Part shown: piece by piece, positions 53,717-64,000 of the stretch
Numbering within the stretch: position 1 is the stretch's first letter
Layout of the letters: each line of letters opens with the position of its first letter
Source of the DNA: Trichosphaerium sp. ATCC 40318
Lineage: Eukaryota; Protista; Tubulinea
Direction of reading: 5' to 3'
Length of the DNA stretch: 64,000 bases
Assembly: GCA_038496445.1 (NCBI GenBank)
Contig: JALMLS010000075.1
Span: forward strand, 1 to 64,000
Notes under the pieces: generated by a model
The model's database searches: none
Seen by the model: only the letters and a program-made list of their open reading frames with translations
What the model was told of the DNA's origin: nothing
Program-made: the position numbers and the translations under genes

Positions 53717-54670
53717 ATGACAACCAAATGTACCGCACGTGCTAGCGTAGAACTCACAGACTTGTTTTCACTCCCTATTGAGATACTTTTGCGCATTATC
53801 ATTACTACTGATATGACATGGGAGGATTTGGCGTCATTACAACAATCAAACCATTACCTGTGCGAAATAATAACAAAATCGTCAGATTACATTTACCAGC
53901 ACTTGTACCATCAAAAATGGGGTCAGAATGCTCACGAAATAGAGTATGCTGTCCATCAACGGATCATTGCTGATTTCGAGAAACGAAAGGAGCGACTGAG
54001 TACTATGATAATGTGCTGGGGTACAACGACTCTTGAAATGCCTTCTACTTCATATAACCTGGATGCAGTCACGTGGAAAGAAAAGTATCGAAACAGACTT
54101 CGTCCAAACGTCATCTCAGAATTGACTTGTGATAAGAAACATGTTCACATAGGACAGACAGTAACGTTCACACTCACACTTGAGAATATTGGTAAAACAC
54201 CAGAGAAGGTCTCCCTTGGGGTTGGTCCAAGTCTTGAAGAATGTCATATCATCAAAGGTGGTGGCGCTATCTATGCATGGAATCCTCCTGTAACTGGTTT
54301 TCATGGGTTTCAAAACAATTTCAAACGTGAATTTGTGCGCATACAATTATATGCAGAATTAAAAGTCTTTGATATTACTTTGAACCCAGGCGATAGACAC
54401 ATGTTTGAGATACCATTACTTTTTGACAAGTCAGAACAATCACACCCACATAGTATACCTCCTGGTACCTTGTCTCTTCAGGGCAAAATTAATCAAGTGT
54501 TTGTTGCATGTGGCAAAACGCCAGACGTGTTTCCAATTCAAGTATTCATGAAAGTCAACACTTTTAAGGAATCAACCGATAGTCCTCTTGCTATTCATGG
54601 CCACTGTTCAGCTGTTACAAGCAATGTTGTTGATCTTAAAATGTACAAGACAAAACAAAACTTTCAATAA
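53717..54670 (+). CDS. Intronless F-box protein with a C-terminal beta-sandwich-like domain
   Basis: LFSLPIEILLRII...WEDLASLQQSN; WKEKY; VHIGQTVTFTLTLENIGK. Confidence 0.8.
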   Translation: MTTKCTARASVELTDLFSLPIEILLRIIITTDMTWEDLASLQQSNHYLCEIITKSSDYIYQHLYHQKWGQNAHEIEYAVHQRIIADFEKRKERLSTMIMCWGTTTLEMPSTSYNLDAVTWKEKYRNRLRPNVISELTCDKKHVHIGQTVTFTLTLENIGKTPEKVSLGVGPSLEECHIIKGGGAIYAWNPPVTGFHGFQNNFKREFVRIQLYAELKVFDITLNPGDRHMFEIPLLFDKSEQSHPHSIPPGTLSLQGKINQVFVACGKTPDVFPIQVFMKVNTFKESTDSPLAIHGHCSAVTSNVVDLKMYKTKQNFQ

Positions 54671-55005
54671 TAAAACAATTTGACACTAAAATATACGAAC
54701 CATAAATAGACTGTAATAGAGGTGGTATATAAATCTGGCGTGAGCTGCAGGAATTTTCTCTTACTCTATTGCACTTTAGACAATGTGCTTACCTACATTC
54801 TGTTTACCATGATTGTACAAAACCAGGTTTTATGATCTTAAGACTAAGCGGTTAGCTTATTAAGACAACAGTAGGCAATTATGAAATCTACAATGTACTC
54901 AGACAGTTTCGGGTTTATGATTTTAATAAAACAAGAACAGTCACGGCAAGATACTTCTCCTCTAGTAGGTTGTTGTTTTTAGGAGAATGGGCAATAGCAT
55001 AACGG

Positions 55006-55970
55006 TCATTTCACAAGTTTGCCATTTTTAAAAATGTGACTTGTTGTTAGACTACCATCCCTGTTCCAACATTTTTCTTCTCCTTCCTTTTTACCATTTT
55101 CAAAAAAAGTCTCCTGCTTCAACTGTCCGTTGTCGTGCCATTCTTTAGCTTGACTGCTGGATCTATAGGCAACCAAAGTGCCATCTTTATTCCAACGTTT
55201 GCTTTCTTCGCAATTACCTTTTACATAATATGCGTGGGTTTGCAATTGACCATTTCCAAACCATGTCTTTAACTCTCCATCAAGGTTGTCGTTCACATGA
55301 AAGGCTTTTCTCTGTGTTTGTCCATTACTGAACCATGATGTGTAATCGCCTTCATGCCTACCATTGACACGAAAATAATGTTCTTGCATCTGCCCATTAA
55401 AATGCCATGACTTGTACTCTCCTTCGTAGATACCATTCTTGAAAAAGCAGTGTAATTTTATCTTACCATTATTGTAGAACTCTGTGCATTCTCCTTCATA
55501 GATACCAAACCAACTATCCGGATTTCGTTTTTTGATGTTCGCATAATACCCCTTTTTTCTCAACTGTCCGTTCTTGTACCACTCCTTGTATTCTCCTTCC
55601 TTTTCATTGCAACTGTAGGAGCCTTGCTCCATCAGCTGACCATTATCGTACCACTCCTTGTACCCTCCTTCCATGTTATTGCGAACAAAGAAGTGTTGTT
55701 TATACAATTGGCCAGTAGAATTGAATTGTTTGAAGCAACCATGTTTTCTAATTTTCCATTGAAGCGAGTGGTCGTAGCTGCTTGCTTACACAATATAGGC
55801 CATAAAATGAACACATCCGGACTTACATCCATAATATTAAGTTGTAGCTCTAGCGGAAGCCGCAATAAACAGCTAGAAGACTGTATTTCTTCGTTGTTGC
55901 CGTAAATTGTGTTTGTAAGAAACCTTAGAGCTAAATTTAGCGTTGAACTAACGGGTGTGTTTGTCGCCAT
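55006..55970 (-). CDS. F-box-like + MORN-variant repeat protein, frameshifted at ~55745
   Basis: LLRLPLELQLNIM...WPILCKQAA is paralogous to 38204-39511; one extra A in the run at 55744-55747 would join the two ORFs. Confidence 0.75.
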
Positions 55971-56480
55971 TTGTTCGGTTGTGTGGCGTTTGTTTAGCTG
56001 TAATCATAAACCTTAAGTAGTAAGACTGATGTTGACGCACGTGCAAATTTCTCCAGAATGTTTTTTAGGTAGTTTTTTTGTCCTACGGCTATTCTCATTC
56101 TTTGCACGTGTAACTACCCAAAAAAGGAAACTACAAGCTTCTTTTGTTGTAAATTGTCTCACATAAACTTCAAAACCTTAATTGATATCATCTCTTCATA
56201 ACTTCAGCAATCCTCACTCAAAGTGGCGGTACGTGACTCATTCAAAAATGATGTTTGGTTGCGAAAGCACATGTCAAGCTTGGTCAGCTTACTGTAAACA
56301 GTATTCGCGTCAATACCAGCCTTACAGCTTCGTAGTATCATTGTAGCGTTACTTTACGCGCGAGAACCTTTTTTAGCGCGGTTAAAATTGATTTAGCGCG
56401 TAACGCACGTCTATTAGCCTTATTAGGTTGATACGCCTTTTGGTGCCGTTGAAATCCTTAATACACTACCTACAGAAGAA

Positions 56481-57690
56481 ATGGAGCTACCTCAGGATGT
56501 TATTGGCGAAATAGTGCAGCACCTCTCTACACAGTCCGTTATAGACGTACGCATATCGCACGCCATTGAAACTCGAAATAACACGCTACAAGTGCCTTCT
56601 GGTTAGCAAATTGTGGCGTAAGGTGTGTAAAAGCGTGGTTAAAACATTTACAGCGAATCAACTGATAAAAAAGAACGGTTTGGAATCCAATATTAGCTCA
56701 CTCTCAGAATTATTACCGAACATTCAAATTCTTGACATCTCTGATACCTTGATTGATGAGAGTCATTGTAAGCAATTATATAACTTCAATTATTTGATAT
56801 CATTGAAAGTTCGTAATTGCAAGAATCTGACATCACGTGGTACCGTTTGGAACGATTTTTGCTTTTGTTTTCTATTTTTTTTCTTTTTTTTTTTGAACCG
56901 ACTTGTTTGTCCTTGGACTGAAAATTTGAAGACTTCAAATTTCTTTTTTATGATGTATAGTAATTGTTTTCTTCGTAAAAATCCTTGGTTATTTCTCAAA
57001 GAACTTCTGTCGGATAAAGGCACATGTTCTTTTTTTTTTTTCAAAGTCTCAAGTTTAATCTTTTCTAGCGTATGGCACTATTATACGTACTTTGACAAGG
57101 CTCGAGCATCTAGATATAAGGTTTAGTAATCGTATTAAACCTAGCTTCAGGACGCTTTCAACATCATTACGTACTTTAAAAGTTGGAAATTACTCGTTCA
57201 AGCATTCGGATTTCGGTAGATTTTCACTTCTCACGTCTCTTATGTCACTTGAAGTATGCCGTATTTTTATCTACGAGTCGTTTATCCTAAATCTAATTAA
57301 TATATGTATTAGTTAGATTCGATGATAATTACCCCATTGATGGTGTTTAATATCTTACAACACAGAACACTTGAAAAATGTATATTTACAAATCCACAAA
57401 TCAAATGCTTGGATCGTGTCATGGCTGATTTATTTACAAGAGTACCAATAAATGCTAGGATATGGAAAGTATTAAGAGTTAAGAGATATAGATTTCCTAT
57501 TAAACAAGATACATTCGTTGAGATATTACTGTCATTACAACACTTGGAAAGACTTGAGTTTAAGACTTGTTTACCAGCTTTGGGTGGTACTCTGAAAATT
57601 GCTTTAAATACTGTTTGTGATAGGCTTGCACGTGATGGTACAACCTATAATGTAACAGTGGTGTGGAATAATCAAGTGTATTGGGGATAA
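56481..57690 (+). CDS. F-box/LRR protein
   Basis: MELPQDVIGEIVQHL...CLLVSKLWR; LRRs IQILDISDT, LISLKVRNC, LEHLDIRFS. Confidence 0.8.
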
Positions 57691-57847
57691 GCGTAAATAA
57701 TTGCAATAAAAAAAAACATTTACAGAGTTTTTGCAAGCACTCACTGTTTTTGAGTTTTCTCACAGGATTTTAGGCTGCAGGGTGTAAGAGTAATATAGCT
57801 CTTAGAGAGTGCAATATATGGCGTTCATAAGGTAACAAAACACCTTA

Positions 57848-60800
57848 CTCAACGATCTCTCACCTGTTCAAAGAATACAAGCTTGAAGAGAAAAAGGTGA
57901 ACACATCATTTTGTAACGCAACATTTCGTGTGATTCCCCAAAATGTCGAAAAACCTGAAAAATGAGTACTGCTTTCGTTCATTCGGCATAATCCTTGCTG
58001 TATTTACAAGACAACAAAACACAGTTTTATTGACATACCATCAGTGCACAAGCAAAAGTCAGAGGACTTGACTTTTTTTAGTATCTGTCATACTGCTCTT
58101 TACACCCTTTGATAAATCCGTTTGATGAGTAGAGTTAGAGTCAGAGTATGAACTATTAAGCGTTTTGACAAAGCGATGTATCTTATACACAAAAAGTACA
58201 TTTACAGTGATAGCTACAAAAACACAGACAAAAAGTCAGTTCTCAAAAACCAAGCATAAAAAAAAGCGTACCAGCGCCTAACATTACAAATGAAGATGCT
58301 AGTATAAATCTCGTATATCTTTCAATATCATTGGGAATAGATAGAGCAACGCATATGATTGAGAAGAAGACCACGTTGTATACTGAATAGAATATGATTT
58401 TTGATTCGTTGTAAATCCTCATCGGTATCTCACGCACTCTGTACGCTAAGAACGCTCCAAATCCGAGTAAAACAGCCTAGAATTATTGAATAGAATATCT
58501 ACTTTGAATGGCGTACGTTTAAAGCAACAAGAAATCCAGCCATTATTGTGAATGTTTGATTGGCTGTACACTTATAGTAGTTGAAACTTACACGGATTTC
58601 ATCCACTACTACCACCTCTCGTCGCATGTCACCGAATGCAGTCTAAGTATGTAATCTTTAACATCTGTATCAATAATACAAAGGTACCATAGCCGCAAGA
58701 ATAATGACATGGACAAGTACAATGCCAAGTACCCAAGATAGCACTACTAAATTGGAAATTTTGAACACTTCAGTTGTTTTAATACTCCAGAGTCTCTCAA
58801 TACGGAATGTCTATTCAAAGTGAGTAAACAACGTACCATTTACTTAACTTACTTTAGCAAAGAAAGGTCTAAAAAGAGGTCAGTGACGCAACGTTTAACA
58901 TAAAGTACATACCCAAACAGTAAAACGAAACCTAAATCAGCTAGCCAGGGTAGAGCAGAGCATGTGAAATTCGTAACAACATTAGGTAGAAAAGTGAATA
59001 CACTACAATACAGTATGATACTTCCCAGTATCAAAATGCACATAAAAACAGGAGAAGATGCCTAGAAAAAAACAGTAAATCTGACAGCACTTGTCAAAAA
59101 AACCAACAACAAACCTTAATAGATTTATGTAAGTCAGGCGAACATCCGAACAAGTACACTAGCAAAGTGAATGCTAGCCAGCACAGGCTATTTATGATTA
59201 ATATAATAGAAACTGTAACCATTAATATCTCTGTCCAATGACCTATTGACAAGTGTCAGGCAAGAAACAAAAAAAACTGTATGAGAAATTACCAAATTGT
59301 GGATCGAAAACTCGTTCTTTCCAAGTAGGCATAGGAAATACAAGCTGAGTTTCTTGGATGGACACAGGCGAAACAAGCTTAGTGTCACCACCCCTGACTT
59401 GAACCATGGTACTTTCTAGCTGCTGTTGATTAAGAGTATCCCATCCAAGGGTACCCACAACTGTATCAATCTTCATTCGTACAAGAGTATTGGCTAGTTC
59501 GGTTTGCATAAACAAAAATCCACTGTCTTCAGTCTAAAATACACGTGTTAGGATGCATATCATGTAAAATTAGCTTAATACTTACAACGTTATTTGTACT
59601 GGTACAAGTGCCCTCAAAGTCACTGACACGCAAGCGCCCATTTGGATCAAGCTGAGAAAAAAAGTTAGCTATTGTTTACTTCACTCTAGGCTTTGTGACC
59701 TCAAATTTAAAGTTTTCGTCCATTGCTTCAAGACCAATCTTGAGTATTAATCCCGGCAGTAGACCGTCAAACATAAGAGCTTCCAATGTAGTATTCATTT
59801 CTTTTTTGAAGTCTTCAGAAAGATAAGTCATGTTATGGTAGTAGTCTGTGTTTGGAAAATTGGTATCTCTATTAAACTAGAGCAAACGTTAATTCCATAA
59901 CAGAAAAGTCAGTGTCCGTACACTTCTGATTGCTGTTTCATACTCCCAAGGATCTCCAATAGTTCTGGGATACACAGAAACAAAAGCACGTGGTGTATAG
60001 TCTACCTCGCGCATAACTTCGACAATATAAGGTCCATATGATAGTTCACAGAACATCCAAATATCTGGGTCATGTTCTTTAATAACACGGAGGGTCTCGT
60101 TCTTAACGTGTGCCCTTATTTCGTTGTAGAGAGTCCGATTACCAAAATCGAAGCCCGGGTTATGTATACCTAGAAGACACGTGTAAACAAAAAACAAAAC
60201 ATAAGTACAATAGTACCAAAATTTCGGAGGTTCATTGATCCGGACAATGACAGACCTTGCTTATTCATCTCTTTTATGAAATCCGGATTTAAGCATCCTA
60301 CTTCTGTATCGTTACTCCGCTGAATAACAAACGCCGTTTTGGCACCAACAACACGAAAATTTGCTAGTACGATACTAAAAAGCGGTATGTTAGTACAAAG
60401 CATGTTTGTGTAAACGCGTACTCGAATTCTTTGCTAGTGGATATACGCAATGGTAACACAAGCTTTTTGTCGAGAGGAATGTCGGTGTCTTTGTTTATCC
60501 AACTCACTATAAATGCAATTAGAATGCGGAGTATGGAGTGCTGTTTTTTGTTTTTTATCGCACATAACATCCATCTTGCTTCTTCTGATACTTTAGCTGC
60601 AGCACGTGCCATACGGCTATTGTAAGGACCAAATAGAAACGAAATAGTTTTACTATCGATGTGGTCTCTATAAACCTTTGCCACGGTTACGTTATCAAAT
60701 TCATCGTCTGTTATATCATACTCGACAGTAAGGGTTAAATTACTATTGGGTAGCTAAAACAAAATTAACAAACATTAATCACGTGCGCATAAAATTGAAA

Positions 60801-61262
60801 GAAAAAACGAAATCCCATTTTGTTATTTCTTTAACGAGACGAAAGGTTACTTTAAGAATTACTCGTTTGGGTTTTTTTTTGTCAAAAACTTGATTTGAAT
60901 CCAAGTTTGATTGTGTACGAAGTTCGCTCCGCGGTGTTCTACGTACGTTTATTGGATGCTTTTGAAGCCAACGCCTGTTATATTCAAATCCAAGCCTTGT
61001 TGTTTCGTTAGATACACCTTTGTAAACCTATAATACGTACAGAAAGTCTTCATTAGGTACTCTGAACAGCCTTCCTGTATTATTCAAAGGCAGACTGAGC
61101 CCTTGAAAGAACAATAAGTTAAAAAGATTAAACCCAACTAATGACTCTAGACGTACCAACCCTGATTACTCCTGGTTCCGCACGTGACGGGACAGTACTA
61201 AATAACACGAAAAGTACTCCAAAAAAAATAAGCGAATGTCGGATGTAGAGTGAGGAGTTCAT
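57848..61262 (-). CDS. Family-3 (class C, GABA-B/Grl-like) GPCR with a periplasmic-binding-protein-type ectodomain; 3' end approximate
   Basis: Signal peptide, FLFGPYNSRMA, DTVVGTLGWD, VFPMPTWKER, SPVFMCILILG, PWLADLGFVLLFG, YNESKII. Confidence 0.88.
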
Positions 61263-62066
61263 GGCGATGTACAGGAGAAGAAAATAGAATTTTCGGTTTC
61301 AATCAGCTTGATAGTAGGTGTTCGTTTATCTGAGAAGTGTCTTTAGTAGCTGTGACGTTAATTTTATGTTGTCTTTTAGCCTTGCAATTTAAGTTGATTG
61401 AAATCTACTGAACTAGAAGTCATTAAATGTAAACCTCATTGTGATAGTATAGATGACTGCACAAAGATGCTTTACGTGAGGCTTGTCGTACAGCGCTCTA
61501 AGCCAAGAAAATACAAACGACCTCTAATCAATAGACCTTTGTAAAAACGAAATAATAAAACGTCTGTAACGGAGAAACATGTGAAAGCCATGTGAAGAGT
61601 GCGAGCAAGCAACAAAACAGTTCACTTCTTAAAACGAACTACAAGCTCACAAACAAATCGAGCTCAAAGGGATTACACGACGTGCAACTACAAAATCTCG
61701 GTCTATGTCACATCCAGCTACACTGTTGCATTTAGCTGTAGATACAAGTAATTAAATACTACTTCAAAGCACCCAGGTGAAAAGCCGTTGCAAATATTAC
61801 AGTGGCCTCTGTTGGCATTGAAAGCCAGAGTTGTAGCAAACTACGTTAGAAATACGTATTGAGATTTCAAAAGTCTCCAATATGATATGCAGCGGAATTT
61901 GTAGAGTCGGATAAGCCGGAAAAAATGATAAGGAATTCGCACATGACTAAGTCGTTTAAGGGTATTGCCGTTTTTTAATCTCTGGTCACTCTACTTAAGT
62001 CAGCTTTCCAAATATCACGTGTTCCTTACAAGAATATCAGCTCTTATTTCTGTAAATAATAGGCAT

Positions 62067-64000
62067 ATGGCGGAGGAGGGAGACAATTCAAGCGTTAGAA
62101 AAGCGCAATTAAAGCCATTGACAGTATTCAAAGGAACAGACAGCGCCATTGATAAAATAAACAACGCAGGAAACTTTATATTTGATCCGAATGGAAAGAA
62201 CAACGATAATTACGTAGACAGGTAATTCGTTAGTGCCACGGCACTGTACATAGGTTAATACGCTTAGACTAATACGCACGCATCGCGCGAAAACGCCTGT
62301 GGATGGTTTGGGTCAAGGTTTGCTTGGGCTCGGTAATAACTTGTACAAGGGTGTAACCGGCGTTGTAGTACGTTGGAAATGCGATAGCACTCTTGTGTTG
62401 TGAAATTCAAATGTTACATAGACTGAACCTGTTCGTGGAGCATCAAAACAAGGCACTATGGGATTTATGAAAGGTCTAGGAAAAGGCCTAACAGGGTAGA
62501 AAATTAAACAGAAATTACAAAAAAATAAGAAATTTAATTGTGTTATTTAGATTAGTGACGAAACCTGTTGCTGGTGTTGTTACATTGACTTGTCAAACAG
62601 CTGAAGGTATTGTAAATACACCAAGGACAATTGCAAGGGCAACAGGGAGAAGAAGGAAGAGTAAGTTAAGGAATAGCACTAATTCAAGCAGAAAATCTGA
62701 TTCAGTGTAGAGGATAAAAAAGGTGCTATTGATACGGACAAGGACGTATCAGATTCAAGCAGTGAATCGACTCTTCAAAACACTGATGTTCACTTTATAC
62801 AACCGCTTATTTCAACCATAATTGCTAAAGGTAAGAAGAAGTTTATTTTTCTTAACTTTTTTCATTTTGTGCTAACAACAAAAAAGGCTTGGCCGTTCCT
62901 AGTTTATTCTCAAAAAACGGAGACTATGCCAAGGTTACTGCTGTGAAAAATAAAATAACCAATGGAACACGTATAGACTTTAGAGCATATGATGTACATG
63001 TGTTGGGAAGCGTTCTCTTAGTATGATGAGCCTTTTAAATAGTCTTCTTTAACTTCTCATACGATTATAGATGTATTGTAGTGATTTGCCTGATTCTCTC
63101 ATTCCATCAAGGCTCTACCAAGATTGCATAGAAGTTGGCAAACAACTTAAAGATGCAAAGCAGGCAAACCAAGACAACGAAAAACTAATATCTAGCGTCA
63201 AGAAAATCCTTTCGCAAGTGCCATCTAAAAACGAAGTACGTCTGTCTTGTTTTGGTTTTACGTACTAACTATTACATAGACAGTATTCGCTTTGGTTATT
63301 TTAATGTTATACGAACTATCACAGGGGCTTAGCGACTCTAAAAAGAGACTAATGCAGCTATCAAAAGTTTGGGTAAAAAATAACCGGTTTTTACCTCTTG
63401 AACACGTGTTAACCGCGTGTAATGTTCTGCTGTGCTTACTTGGAACTAGGTTAATGTTCTTACATACAAGCTAGATGGAGACGAGAACGCAGCAAGCATG
63501 GCAACCTTGGACTATAACGAGAAAAGTGCTTGCCGTTTTTTGGCCTTTATTGTATCTAACTGTGATATTTTCTTCCCTGCTGAGGATATATCAACTACTA
63601 GTAGCGTGTCAATGTAGAGTACAAGTTCGAATGTATTAATAAAGCGCAAGTGGGGGACTGTTTACTCTAAAACCGTTCGTTGAAAGACGTAACTTAAACC
63701 GCCTTGTAATTACAACGAAAAATACCTCAAGCATACTGTATTTCAAACGTTTTAAAGTATGTTTAGTAGTAGCAGCTCATCTGACTCAGAAGACGAACTC
63801 CCACATGTACGTTAAAACAGCGCTTGTGTTTGTAGTAATATTACTTAGATAATAGTTAATGATGATGCTGACGCACCCAACAATGGCATTGTTAGTACGC
63901 CTCCTAGTTTTAATACATGATAGTAGCTTTAATCAGTATCTAACTATATATGTGTAGTACGACGTAGACTACATCTTGGAGGACGTCCAAACAAGTTCGA
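62067..64000 (+). CDS. ATG_C (Atg2/Vps13 C-terminal)-like domain + RhoGAP-like domain; probably runs off the window
   Basis: [40 protein letters not shown]...EGIVNTP; then GLAVPSLFSKNG, DVHVLGSVLL, DLPDSLIP. Confidence 0.78.

Overview
Gene-dense, AT-rich eukaryotic (protist-like) genomic DNA read with the standard genetic code. It holds about 30 genes, most split by short spliceosomal introns (typically 40-100 nt, GTAC/GTAT/GTAA donors, CTAAC-like branch sites, YAG or AAG acceptors), so the ORF track shows only fragments. I rebuilt gene models by hand-splicing, and ends marked approximate are uncertain. Gene content (family-3 GPCR, TKL kinase, RGS and RhoGEF signalling, F-box/MORN genes) suggests an amoebozoan-like organism (inference). 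Main observations: (1) a 3beta-HSD/NSDHL (Erg26-type) enzyme fused in frame, within one exon, to a complete Erg28 domain, next to a PGRMC1/Dap1 gene and head-to-head with an aldo-keto reductase, which may form a sterol-demethylation micro-cluster; (2) a consensus U12-type AT-AC intron in a BTB/KCTD gene; (3) a FAM114-like gene whose 3' exons lie inverted between ~1.2-1.3 kb inverted repeats, either a flip-flop switch or an assembly chimera; (4) unusual domain architectures (RGS-DH-PH-MORN, ATG_C plus RhoGAP lacking the arginine finger, kinase-SPRY); (5) intron-poor F-box/MORN-variant and LRR genes resembling giant-virus repeat families. No rRNA, tRNA, CRISPR array or transposase was recognised.
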